From Trypanosoma brucei (taxonomy: Eukaryota): 64,000 nucleotides of DNA. Where the stretch lies: contig CM000207.1 in NCBI GenBank assembly GCA_000002445.1, positions 768,001 through 832,000 of the forward strand, written 5' to 3'. Position 1 is the first letter of the stretch. The number at the start of each line of letters is the position of its first letter. The position numbers and the translations under genes are program-made. The notes under the pieces were generated by a model that did no database searches, was not told the DNA's origin, and saw only the letters and a list, made by a program, of their open reading frames with translations. This document shows, in pieces, positions 43,095 through 54,418 of this stretch.

Positions 43095-43674
43095 ACAATC
43101 CCGGTTAACCGGCAATGGGATGGGTGTTGTCGCTAAAGTTGGCGGGGAATAGGGCAATTTGTTCCTCTGAAGGCTACGCCACTAATGAAAAATTTGTTTG
43201 TCTGATTAAGTGGAAAGGCTTCTATTACTATCGTTCTTATCGTCACTGTATACCGTATAGGTTTTTTTTAGTTGGGTTGGATATACTTCCAGGACCTCGT
43301 TGTGGCATTCGTGCATGTGTGTTTAGCTCGGACGCTTATAGTTTGCGTATATAAGTGGCGAAAAGATAGATCTATGTATGAGCACGAACTATGCACGTCA
43401 CCGCAGCCGTCGTTTTTGTTGTTAAGAGCGACGGTGATGTCCATCGCCCCTTGCAGATGCTCGCGAGGCGAGAATTGGTTGGGTAACCTGCCGTTTGGGT
43501 GCACCTCCGAAATAGTTTCGCATAACGGTTCGCGAAGTAAGGCACAACAATATATGTTTTATTTGACTCATCAGTATTCCATTTGTTTCTTCAGTGCTTG
43601 AAGTACTCGTTGGTCGTGAACGTCGTCGCTTTTGTTCTTTTGTACACAGCTGCACTGTTCACATTATAGGAAAG

Positions 43675-45162
43675 ATGATGTCAAAAGCGTCGTATATGAT
43701 GCAGGATCACCTGCGGCGCAACTTTGCGCTCATTACCGACATACACAACCCCAATGTTTTCCTAGTGCGTGGTACGCTCCCTTTTCCTCAGGGGCTAGCA
43801 GTGTTGACGGCTCTATTCCGTGGCAAACTGGCCGCGGATGTGTACAGTCATCCCTACTTCATCGAGAAGCAAAGTGACCCCTCGCAGCCGTCACCACAAC
43901 TGCACCTCACGGAGGAGTGCCAGAGTGTAATGAAAATCATCAAGGGTATGCATTTCATGAACGATACCACGAGTAGGCTTGATAACACCGTTGTGTTCGT
44001 GTCAGACTACGACGTTCAGGTGAAGGCCACTGTGCTCACGTATGCCAGCGAGGAAGATGAAGATGCGCTGTTGAGAGAACAGAAGCGGCTGGAGGGTGAG
44101 AGTGATGAGGAGTGGCAAGGGCGGCTACTACGACAGCGCTGGCAAAGGAGTGCAGCGGGTCGGCGGAAGAGCGGAGGAAACACCGGGTCTTCTTCTTTTG
44201 AGGCTTCCCTTCGACCCTTCACACGACAGAGTCACCATAGTAACGATGGACCAGATGAATTGGGGAAGGCCAAGCGGCTCGTAGAGCGGGAAGGCGCCCA
44301 TACCGTTCTGTACAACCCCATCGATGTCGATCCCAAAACATTTGTAGCAACAATTAACAAACTTAACGACGAAAACCGGGTGGTGAAGACGATAGTCGTA
44401 CCAACCCGACAGGCGTGGGGAAGCGTTCATGCGTGGGCCGAGGCTTTCCCCGACGCAGAAATATTGTGCAGTGGCGAGAAGCCCATTCCCAGCGGTGCTC
44501 AGAACAGGCAGCAGGAGGTCGTTCGCCCGACCGGGGGATGTATGAACATGGGGAACGGCCTGACGGGGCTTTCATTTCCAGAGGTGGACGAGGCGGAGGT
44601 TGCAGTGGGAAGTGCTGTCGATAATGACACTGAGGTGGCCATGGTCGCGGACGATATTAACAACATCTGCCGCCTGTGCTCCAGTCAGCCCGACAGTGTG
44701 AGTTGGCGAGTCGCGGATGAAGAAGTACGGTGCTCATCTCGCGTACAACCACTTGGTACATTAATTCAGAAGCAAATAACTCCCAATATCGAGCTGCTGC
44801 GTGTGGCTGGCGATGACCTGACGAACGAGTATGTTATGTATGACCGCAATAGTGCCAGCCTTGCGTGCACTGACTTATTTCATGGAGAGTACGGTGACCT
44901 GGACCCAGTTAACTCGTGGCTGTGTCGTGTATGGTTTAAATTCATGAAGCAGGGGAATTATAAACGTGTGGACCGCGTACCAGAGTTTAAGTGGCTGCAG
45001 GTGAAGAATCATGGTGATTTGAAAGCAGTCCGTGAGTCAGTGGATATAATCACGAGTATGTTTCCTATGAAGTTTCTATTGTATGCGCACGGTACACCAC
45101 CGCTTGCTGAGAACCCTGCGAATGCCCTGCGTCTCCAGTGGGGTATGCCTCCACTATCTTAG
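43675..45162 (+). CDS. conserved hypothetical protein
   Basis: Track ORF 43594 begins with GTG; the first ATG is at 43675 ('MMSKASYMMQDHL...'). A 495-aa non-repetitive open frame on the PTU strand. No family recognised. Confidence 0.5.
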   Translation: MMSKASYMMQDHLRRNFALITDIHNPNVFLVRGTLPFPQGLAVLTALFRGKLAADVYSHPYFIEKQSDPSQPSPQLHLTEECQSVMKIIKGMHFMNDTTSRLDNTVVFVSDYDVQVKATVLTYASEEDEDALLREQKRLEGESDEEWQGRLLRQRWQRSAAGRRKSGGNTGSSSFEASLRPFTRQSHHSNDGPDELGKAKRLVEREGAHTVLYNPIDVDPKTFVATINKLNDENRVVKTIVVPTRQAWGSVHAWAEAFPDAEILCSGEKPIPSGAQNRQQEVVRPTGGCMNMGNGLTGLSFPEVDEAEVAVGSAVDNDTEVAMVADDINNICRLCSSQPDSVSWRVADEEVRCSSRVQPLGTLIQKQITPNIELLRVAGDDLTNEYVMYDRNSASLACTDLFHGEYGDLDPVNSWLCRVWFKFMKQGNYKRVDRVPEFKWLQVKNHGDLKAVRESVDIITSMFPMKFLLYAHGTPPLAENPANALRLQWGMPPLS

Positions 45163-45595
45163 GCTCAACCACACGAAGAGAAAAGGAAGTTGTACACAGC
45201 AAAGTAAAGGAAGGGTTGGTGACGGCATATCGGAATATACTTACGGACCCATTTTCTTGCACTCACTCACAGATTAACGGGAACATTTCCTTCCAAATCA
45301 TTGTTTTCATTACCGGGTGGTGGGCACACTACGGGGAGGCCAAGTTCACTTGCTTGCGACGTCGCCCTTCTGTGAAGGGGGCAGACAACCGAGGAACCTA
45401 GAGTTCAAGATGGGAAGCAATTAGCATCAATGCATCCTGTAGTTGTTGCTTACGTGGCGTCTGTGTTGTGCAATATACGCTGGTGTCGGTAAATAATTAC
45501 ATAGGAACGATTTTGTGTGCTTTTTCTTTGTGCGCGTGTCACCTTATATTTACTTGCGTGCGTATAGTTGCCTGACTCATTGTCGTCGAATACGC

Positions 45596-45692
45596 CCTGC
45601 TGTATCTTCACGGGCTTCTCATCTCACATCTTCTTTTCTTCTTGTTGTTTCCCTTTTGCTGTGTTTGTTGCAGATTTTTCTCCGCTTTCAAG
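45596..45692 (+). promoter_or_regulatory. polypyrimidine tract plus AG dinucleotides: probable trans-splicing acceptor region for eIF4A
   Basis: ~95 nt of almost pure C/T ('cttctcatctcacatcttcttttcttcttgttgtttcccttttgctgtgtttgttgcag...') ending in AGs, 30-50 nt before the eIF4A ATG. Confidence 0.5.
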
Positions 45693-45719
45693 GCAATCCA
45701 CTCTTAATCGGCGTCAATC

Positions 45720-46934
45720 ATGGCCCAACAAGGAAAGGTCGAGCCCCAGGATCAGGATTCCTTCCTGGATGACCAGCCCGGAATTCGCCCCATCCCGTCG
45801 TTCGATGACATGCCGCTCCATCAGAATCTCTTGCGCGGTATTTACTCGCATGGTTTTGAGAAGCCGAGCAGCATCCAGCAGCGTGCCATCGTTCCCTTCA
45901 CCCGCGGTGGTGACATCATTGCCCAGGCGCAGTCGGGAACGGGTAAAACTGGTGCATTCTCCATTGGTTTGTTACAGCGCCTTGACTTCCGCCACAACGT
46001 CCTTCAGGGCCTTGTGCTCTCCCCCACTAGGGAACTTGCAATGCAGACGGCTGAGGTCATCACACGCATTGGTGAGTTCCTCGCTGAAGGCAGCTCATCA
46101 TTTTGTGCAACCTTTGTCGGGGGCACTCGTGTGCAAGACGACTACCGTAAGCTGCAGAGTGGCACCATCGTCGCTGTGGGAACACCCGGTCGTGTGGTGG
46201 ATGTGACGAAACGCGGTGCGATGCGAACGGAGTCACTCCGTGTGCTTGTTCTTGACGAGGCCGATGAGATGCTCTCTCAGGGTTTTGCCGAACAGATTTA
46301 CGATATCTTTCGTTTCCTACCTAAGGAGATTCAGGTAGCCCTGTTCTCTGCTACCATGCCCGATGACGTGCTCGAGCTCACAAAGAAGTTCATGCGCGAC
46401 CCCACTCGTATTCTTGTAAAGCGGGAGAGCCTCACCCTTGAGGGTATCAAGCAGTTCTTCATCGCTGTGGAGGAGGAGCACAAGCTTGATACTCTTATGG
46501 ATTTGTACGAAACCGTGAGCATTGCGCAGAGTGTGATATTCGCTAACACCCGCCGCAAGGTGGACTGGCTCGCCTCTCAGTTGAACAGCAGCAACCACAC
46601 GGTCAGCTGCATGCACTCCGAGATGTCGAAGCAAGAGCGTGAAAAAGTCATGGGTACCTTCCGCAACGGAAGCTCCCGCGTGTTAGTGACGACGGACCTT
46701 GTGGCCCGTGGTATCGATGTGCACCACGTGAACATCGTCATCAACTTCGACCTCCCCACGAACAAAGAAAACTACCTTCACCGTATTGGTCGTGGTGGTC
46801 GGTACGGACGTAAGGGTGTGGCAATCAACTTCGTCACTCAGAAGGATGTGGAGGTCCTGCGGGAGATTGAATCGCATTATCACACGCAAATTGAAGAGCT
46901 TCCAGTTGACTTTGCTGCCTACCTTGGTGAGTAA
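45720..46934 (+). CDS. eIF4A: eukaryotic initiation factor 4A (DEAD-box ATP-dependent RNA helicase)
   Basis: ATG start, 404 aa. Near-identity in motif blocks to kinetoplastid eIF4A/LeIF: Q-motif '[12 protein letters not shown]', motif I 'AQSGTGKTG', Ia 'PTRELA', II 'VLDEADEM', III 'SAT', V '[14 protein letters not shown]', VI '[13 protein letters not shown]'. A long polypyrimidine tract at 45596-45690 ends in AGs upstream. Confidence 0.95.
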   Translation: MAQQGKVEPQDQDSFLDDQPGIRPIPSFDDMPLHQNLLRGIYSHGFEKPSSIQQRAIVPFTRGGDIIAQAQSGTGKTGAFSIGLLQRLDFRHNVLQGLVLSPTRELAMQTAEVITRIGEFLAEGSSSFCATFVGGTRVQDDYRKLQSGTIVAVGTPGRVVDVTKRGAMRTESLRVLVLDEADEMLSQGFAEQIYDIFRFLPKEIQVALFSATMPDDVLELTKKFMRDPTRILVKRESLTLEGIKQFFIAVEEEHKLDTLMDLYETVSIAQSVIFANTRRKVDWLASQLNSSNHTVSCMHSEMSKQEREKVMGTFRNGSSRVLVTTDLVARGIDVHHVNIVINFDLPTNKENYLHRIGRGGRYGRKGVAINFVTQKDVEVLREIESHYHTQIEELPVDFAAYLGE

Positions 46935-47224
46935 CGGGAGGTGTCTGTGCAATGCGGGCATGAAGGGAATCAGCCCTTTATCCCCATTACATCCCTGTCT
47001 TCCTTCTATCCCCACTGCTGTCGCCGTAGACAAGTGGGTGGCGGGACGAGGCGGGGGGCGAGTGAAGGCACAAAAGAGAAGAGGAAGGACCGAAAGAAGG
47101 AAGGAAGGATACAGCAGAGTATGAGGGTACGTAAATAAGTAAATATGGTATGGTTATGTATTTGTGAACAAAAGAAAACAAAAAGAAATGAAGAGGGAGA
47201 AACGAAAAAAAAACCAAGAAAAAA

Positions 47225-47252
47225 CAACAACAACAACAACACACACACACAC
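47225..47252. repeat. (CAA)n then (CA)n microsatellite
   Basis: Direct reading: caacaacaacaacaacacacacacacac. Confidence 0.9.
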
Positions 47253-48815
47253 GAAGGAATACATATGAAGGGGTATGTTGATAAAAGTAAAAGTTGAGTG
47301 AGGGGAAAACAAAGGTAGCTACTGTAAGGAAATAAAATGAGGAAAGGAATAGCAAGAAAACAGGTAAAGAGAAAAAGAGAAAAAGGAATTACTCACTAAT
47401 TTTTTCTACCTATGACATAAAGGGAAGAATGTCCGGTGAAGTGGGTGAGTGGCGCCGAAAAAGAAAAAAAAATCAGCGAAAGCAAAAGAAAAAAGATGAA
47501 GAAGAAAAACGTGAAATTAACAAAAAGGATACAAGTAATAATAATGTAATACGTCTCTTCTTCAAAAAAAAAAACAACTAATTATATGTGGCCGCCAAAC
47601 GAACGGTAATAAACAAGAATAGAAAAAAGGAAAATATTTGAATAACTAAACAATGAAAATAAATTAAGGAACGGGGAGTGTCAAACCGACCTGACAAACC
47701 GTCTGGTGAGGGCTAGGTATATGCAATCACCACCGTCATCGCTGATTCTCAAGTGCATATTCCCAATAGGGCCACACATGCGCTCATGTACGGTCTCCTA
47801 AGGTGTATGTATGTGTGCGTTAGGTGTGTATGAAGCGAGCAAAGAAGAGAGGGGGGTCGAAATGGATGGCTCGGCAAACGGGTCTGCCAACTATTTTCTT
47901 CCCTCTCCCTTGGTTCTATTGCCTTGGTCGTTTTGCCATTTGAAAGACCTCTTCTTTGTTTTTTCTTCCATTGCACCGCGCCCGTCCCCGACGCCACCGG
48001 GTTCCCATTTTTTTTGTAACTGAAAAGAGGGACGGTACTGACACTTGGGGCGAATAACGGACACTAAGCGAACCTCACCCCTGAGTCTTCCCCACAAGGT
48101 GTTGGTTGCCGCGTGTGCGTGTGCGTGTGATTTGTGTGATACAGACATACGGCGCCGAAGTTGGGGGAAAAAAAGAGAAGAAAAGAACTGAGTTTGAAAA
48201 ATGGGTGTTGGGTGCAGCGAATGGGAAAAGGAAAAGAATGAGAGGAGGTGTAACCAATGCCTTTCGTGCGGCAGCGCGGTTGAAGCGTTCATTGCAGCTT
48301 TACGAAATGTTGCCAGCGCAGGGAAATAATTACCCCGAGAAGTGTCGGAAGGTGCATCTTATTGCAGATGTCCCTGAATGAGAAGTGATGAACGGAAATA
48401 AGGCATTGGAGGAGAGGAATAAAATACAAATAAAATCAAAAAAGGCTGAAAAGAAAAAAAAATAAAAGAGACCTAGCGGTATGCAGCTACCACAAATCGG
48501 CGGACACATGCCTCACTCCCGTGGCGAAGCAGAGGGTACGGCACCCAAACTGTAGGAGCTGCGATGTGTCACACTGCTGTGAGTGTCGCGGCGGCAAACG
48601 GCGTGTGCAGACATCACCGTTTCAATGACGTCAAAAAGGCAGTAGCGTTGAACGTGTCTGTGGAATAGAAAATAAAGTAGGCAAATAACTGCTCATACAC
48701 ATGAGGTCAGCCTCGCATCGCACCCCAATTATTCACCCTTTTCCTTTTCTGATTAACCGGTGGACTGAATAGGGCTCGGCCATGTTTGCTGCTTTTGGTG
48801 TTCTTATCTGCAGCG

Positions 48816-48842
48816 CCCCCCCCCCCCCCCACACACACACAC
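48816..48842. repeat. C15 homopolymer followed by (AC)6
   Basis: Direct reading. Confidence 0.9.
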
Positions 48843-50043
48843 CCGTAGCTCACGCCCTTGTCATTGTTGTCATTTCTTCCATACTCCCGTTTCTTATTTT
48901 CCCTTTACACCGCTGCGCAGTCCGAAAAAGGGAATTAAGGGAAAATATGGTGCCACGCCGAGAGCATAAAGAAGTCACCTCGGCGTTACTCTACTACTTA
49001 ACCCGGCGTGGCCCGCAAATGGTGATGCCCTTCCATCATTTGCCGCAGTAACTTTTTTCCAGTGCAAACTCACAAGACATGCATTTGGAACATATTGGCG
49101 CTGGGGATGTCAGGTGCCAACAGGGGTACTCTGTTTAATTGACGGTCAATAGCAGACAGCGTTTGTGTGATCTCCCTTTACCAGGCTGCAGATCCGTAGG
49201 GGTTGCCGAGTGGGAAGCCATCCGTTACGTTCCTGTCCCATTCCTCTCTTCCTCACACATGATGGTCGCAGCTGCCTGTAGGTATAATGTATTACCTATG
49301 GGTACAGTGAGCATTTGTTTGGAATAAAATGCCTTTTGCGACCATACAACAACCTACGCGTAATCGGCTACACTTATGCCTGAGCTGGTCGTGCGTAGGT
49401 CGCGTGTCTTGAAGGATGGTGCTGCAGGCGCTTTCATGAATGCGGGGCGTTTAAGTTTTCACACTCCCGAAGGGCGGGATTATCGATACGAAGCGTAACA
49501 TCTAGCTCTGAAAATGCGACCTAATCCCTATGCTCAGTCCGACAAACTCCCGAAAAAGTCTATCGTGCACGAGAAAGTCGAAAGGCCACCTATAATGGCT
49601 ACCAACCGTCACTCCCCTCACGGGGCGGGGGCTCAGATTATGATAAACATCTCGAGGAGGGGCCGGAAGCGGTGAACTTTGCACGTGGCTAGGTGCGAGA
49701 ACACGTTTGAATTCTTCACGAGGTCACTAGTTTGTAATATGGGGGAACGAATCACTCATATGGTTGTTACAACGCTATGCAGCTTGAGTGCTCATTTCTT
49801 CGTTTGTATGTACCAGATGTTATGTGAGAGACCAGCTTTTCAACTGTTTCTCAAATAATTGACGGACCTTCGTGAGCGATTGTACTTTTTTTTTTTCCAC
49901 CGTTTCGATGCTATTTTTTGTCCTTTCCCCCTTTTTGAACGCCAACTTTTAGTGAAATTAGTTGTACTTACTGTTGCATCAGGCGGCAGCAACCTAGATT
50001 GGATCGGACGAATCACATTGGCACCGAGTACTACCCCCCACTG

Positions 50044-51096
50044 ATGCTCTCCGGTGTGTATGGTCCGCAAGCCGAAGGGGCACGCCAAATGTTAGCGACT
50101 TTGGGATACGATAATCCCTCATCCGAGGACATCGCACTCACGCTACAGCAAATGGGTGAGGCTCGGGCTCTTAGAACGCAACATGTCTCAACACAGCGGG
50201 GCACTCCCGATCAAACTGGCGTCTCACCCCCGCGCGGGGCATACGACACCACGATGAGCCCGCGGAACAGCGGTCAATCACCGGTAGGACGTGGTGGTGT
50301 ACTGAAGGGCACCACCGCAACACCAGATGATGTGCGGCACGTGCGGGCAAAACCGCCACCGGTGGATTTCCGCGACTGCTTCGATTATCGCATGCACGAA
50401 CGAGCACCTGGGCGAGTGTCCGTGGGAGGTATCCTGAAACGTGGCGGTGGTGAGAGGTCTAACAGGCGGTACGTTGACCCCGTCGACGGGCCGATTGCCG
50501 GTACCGTAGGGAAGGACCCATGGGGTCGTCTTCGCTTTGTGTCGACGGGAGATCGTATAACTCCTGAAGACCGCATAGAGCAGCACCTCCGACAACACGA
50601 AAAGGGACTCAGCGCCCCACTCGGGGGGAGACGCACCAGTGAAACTAGGGAATACCCCGCTAGAAAGGGGAGGAGGAACAACGTCAGTAGGGGGCAAGAC
50701 GAAGAGGACGAGTATTCTGACTACGTAGATGACTACTATGATGACGAGGGTTTCGGAGGAAATCTGGAGATGTTCTACGGTGGCCGTCCGCCCACTGCAG
50801 TAACACCCTCCATGACACTACGGCTCGGTAACAAGTTTGCACTTGATCAACGAAGCGCAAACACGATGTACAACTTTACTGGCGATAGTCGGTACAAGTA
50901 CCGTAGTGGGCCCGGGGCACCTTTGTCCACTGTGTTGGGACCAAATGGGTCAACACTACGGAACCGTGCGGATCCGGTGCGACGGGGGCAGGAAATGCGT
51001 GAATTGTGGAAAAAGGATAGCTTCCTCGCCCAGCATGGCAGGAAAGAGGATCGCTGGAGGGTAAGGCAGACCATGCTAAGCCGCAGCCTCCAATGA
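50044..51096 (+). CDS. hypothetical Gly/Arg-rich protein
   Basis: Track ORF 49999 starts with TTG; the first ATG is at 50044 ('MLSGVYGPQAEG...'). A polypyrimidine tract lies at ~49870-49940 upstream. Non-repetitive open frame; function unknown. Confidence 0.45.
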   Translation: MLSGVYGPQAEGARQMLATLGYDNPSSEDIALTLQQMGEARALRTQHVSTQRGTPDQTGVSPPRGAYDTTMSPRNSGQSPVGRGGVLKGTTATPDDVRHVRAKPPPVDFRDCFDYRMHERAPGRVSVGGILKRGGGERSNRRYVDPVDGPIAGTVGKDPWGRLRFVSTGDRITPEDRIEQHLRQHEKGLSAPLGGRRTSETREYPARKGRRNNVSRGQDEEDEYSDYVDDYYDDEGFGGNLEMFYGGRPPTAVTPSMTLRLGNKFALDQRSANTMYNFTGDSRYKYRSGPGAPLSTVLGPNGSTLRNRADPVRRGQEMRELWKKDSFLAQHGRKEDRWRVRQTMLSRSLQ

Positions 51097-52040
51097 GGCC
51101 GTATCGTTCTTTATTCTTGGAGTGGCTTGGTTCTTTTCCTTGTTAGTAAGATCAAAGGTGGGAACCACATCCCTCAGATGAAAAGCGGCGGAGGGAGGGA
51201 GAAAGGTGAACGAGTGGAGGGGAAACTTGGGGAGGAGTGGGCGTCCGTTCTAATTGCTGCTATGTAATAGAAGTATCCGGTACGTATTATTCATGTGTTC
51301 TTGTTTGTGGGTATCCACATTTTTCTTTGGTGCAGATACTTTTCCATCATGATTCCCTGTTTAAAAAGGAGAAACTGCAGGTTCGTTTATGATGTCCACG
51401 CCTGTTAGGCCTGGGAAATTCGACCTCACTGCTTTCCCTTATCACCACTTTGCTCGTTTTCCCGTGCATCTCCCCGTTCCCACGGTGATGGGGGAAAATG
51501 AGTGTACACAAGACGACTGTCAGTAAAGTTTAACAACAGACAAAGCCGAAGTGGGCTTACCTTAGGGAAATCAAGGGACAGCGTTCGACCCAGTAATGGC
51601 ATGCCCCTTTACAACTGCAGTGCGGGTGGTACTTTGCGTCGCTGTACTCAAAATTCTGTGCGACGCCATTAATTTCCGCCGCTTCATTCGGGCACGGGTC
51701 ACGTACGGTGGGGAAGGTGAAAGGGCTTCGAACTTCAACTAATGCCACCTAACATACTCGCGACGCATGCATAAGTACTAAAAGACAAACGAACGGCCGC
51801 CCCCGCAGGTTTGTCATTAGTGTTGCAATTATCGATTCTCCACCCCCACGGAAGCGCACAGATGCACACAAGCAGGCAGAGATACACAAGTACAAACGCG
51901 GTTGTATGTGTGTGCAGGTGATGAACTTCCCCTTTGCGTGCGCCGGCTCCACGAGGGCTATGAGCAACTGACTAGCGGAATGTGATTTCCGCTTTTTTTT
52001 TTCCAAGATGTTGGAGTGCCACCTCCACATCAGTAGAGGC

Positions 52041-52063
52041 AATGTATATATATATATATATAC
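52041..52063. repeat. (TA)n microsatellite
   Basis: Direct reading. Confidence 0.85.
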
Positions 52064-53135
52064 ATTGGCAGCATCCCGTTCATTCACATCCTTATTAACG
52101 TGCGCGCTAGATACGCGGTGGAGGGGAGGCAAGAAAGTGTTTATGGGAGTTATGCACTGAGGGGCAACTATCTTATCAAACCTGCCGCCTCCCTCCCCCC
52201 CCCCACGGCAAAACCGCACATAGCATTAGGTTATTATTATGTCCTTTTGGGGCATTATTATCGTTTTTTTTCTTTTACTTGTCTTCCAGCGTTTGTTATA
52301 ACTGATGGCATCGTGCACAATAAAATGTTTCACCTTTCTTGTGTTGTTGCGCGCGCACGTGTGCATGCGATCACCTCTTTCCCAGTAATGACAGTAGTGC
52401 CCCTTATTCATCAATTAATGAGTTGTTGTGCCGCAATGTGGAACTGTGTGAATCCATGAACGACTCTTCATGCTTGCAGACCGCATTATCGGGAGGGTTC
52501 TATCAGTTGTCCTTTTTCTCATGGTTACACATATCTTTTCTATATCTTCTTCCCCATTCGATGAAAGTACGAAAAGGAACCCCTCGGCACGGGATCTCGG
52601 AGGGGTATGTGGTGTGCACACGTTACGCATACATATATACTTGTATGTATGTATTTATTTGTTTTGCGTTTACCCCTTCCCCACTGCATTGACTTCTAGT
52701 ATATGTTTTCCTTGAGAGGGGGGGGGGGTTGATATATATATATATTTTTTTTCTTTTCCTTTCTATGAGGCAAGTGGCCCTTATTTGTTGGAGGGTGATG
52801 AAACCTTGAGGTAAAGGGGGAAGTGACCACTTGGGGCTAACAACTGACGACAGGAGGAGCGGTGGTAATCACCATGGCGTGAGCGAAGTTATTGGAAATA
52901 CCCTTTTATTAACACGGTGACTACATTAATTCTCTGCAGTGTTTTGTTGCCACGCAGATCAACCATGTTGCAATGGGCATGGTCCCGTCAGTCCCTGGAT
53001 ATGTGCAAAAAAAAACAAATGCGTATACATACGTATATCTATGTGTATGCGTGTGCAATTACACGTCCCCTTCGTTTCTTCACACCAAACTCTTAATGTT
53101 TCACAAGTGGTGAAAGCGGACCTCACGTGGAGGGA

Positions 53136-54032
53136 ATGAGACACGTGGGCTTTGCTCATCACACGCGGTTGAACCGCATTGGTAGGTGTGCTTTTCCTTT
53201 GATATTCCAGCACATACATCACTTCCCCATGGTGTTGATGGCGCCGTCAGCCGCTTTGCGATCCTATGTCACTAGTGAAATACCGCAACACGTAGCGGGT
53301 CTTGAGGAGATGCTGCCGAATTCGCTTCGTTGTCCAGAGTGTGGAAAACATTTTATGAGCGCCACAAACCTACTCTACCACCGTCGCACTCGTCACATGA
53401 TCACCATAATCTCCTCCGCGCAGGAGCAGCTGGATCGCTTAAGAGAAGAGAATGCGAGACTGCGAGCAGAGCTTCAGCAGGCGCACATGCAACATCGGCA
53501 AACGACCCCCAATCAGCAGCCCATGAGTGGGACAACCGCTGGAGAACTTGACAAAACTCAACGCATTTTCCCGGCCGCCGTTCCAGAAGGGAAGGCACTG
53601 GGAATTAGTATGGCGGAGGTTCACAATCTTCGGGAGCATCCTTTCAGGGTGGGAACGGGATGTTCAGGGGTTCGCTGCGTTGGCGTCGTTTCGGACGACG
53701 TTGAAGTGGGTCACTTGGGAAGACATGAGGGCGGGACTGAGAGCGGGTTGGAGGTTTTACAGTTTACCCTCAAGTTGGAGGGATACCGCCAGCGGCGTAC
53801 TGGCCGCTTAATGATGTACAATAACCTTGTCACAGTGCGCCTGATGTCACCACAGTACAGGGTTGAGAAGGGTGATGTTGTGCTTGTTATAGGGAACTAT
53901 GGTTTGCATAGGTCGTTTGACCTGATATCTAAGCAATCAATGGAGAATTGTGTCTTGGAGGCGGGGTACATCGGGCTGTTGAAACGAGGCAGCCAGGCGG
54001 GTAATTCGGAGTACACGCGGGAGGACGTTTAG
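53136..54032 (+). CDS. C2H2 zinc-finger and coiled-coil protein
   Basis: Track ORF 53127 starts with GTG; the ATG is at 53136. The zinc finger reads 'LRCPECGKHFMSATNLLYHRRTRH' (C2H2), followed by a heptad-like coiled coil 'EQLDRLREENARLRAELQQAH'. Confidence 0.5.
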   Translation: MRHVGFAHHTRLNRIGRCAFPLIFQHIHHFPMVLMAPSAALRSYVTSEIPQHVAGLEEMLPNSLRCPECGKHFMSATNLLYHRRTRHMITIISSAQEQLDRLREENARLRAELQQAHMQHRQTTPNQQPMSGTTAGELDKTQRIFPAAVPEGKALGISMAEVHNLREHPFRVGTGCSGVRCVGVVSDDVEVGHLGRHEGGTESGLEVLQFTLKLEGYRQRRTGRLMMYNNLVTVRLMSPQYRVEKGDVVLVIGNYGLHRSFDLISKQSMENCVLEAGYIGLLKRGSQAGNSEYTREDV

Positions 54033-54418
54033 GCATTCTAGCCATGACCTTCACAAAGCATTTTTTTTTGACTTGTATTATTCCCCACATGATGCTACGG
54101 TAATGTTGTGAGAACAATGTTTCGGGTGGGAGACGGGGGAGCCAAATTACATTTACAGCAACCGTGACACCAGATATTATTGTTATTACTATCCCCAGCG
54201 GTGCGTTGACTCTCTGCTGTTGTAAACGACGCGCGTGACACTCCCTATTCGCGAATCAAGCAAGTCATGTTCTCTTTTCCTTTTCCCTTTTTTACACATT
54301 GTTGTTTAATTATCCATTTACTCCTTCTCTCTCCCCGTATATTCCCTTTTACCGCCGCCGTAAGCGGTAAACCGCAAGCGAACTGTAGGTATTCACCGCA
54401 GCGTGAAAGGGGAATCAG

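Noticed and set aside
48106-48381. 91-aa basic ORF in the eIF4A downstream flank.
   Set aside because: Embedded in purine-rich low-complexity, with no upstream splice-signal tract.
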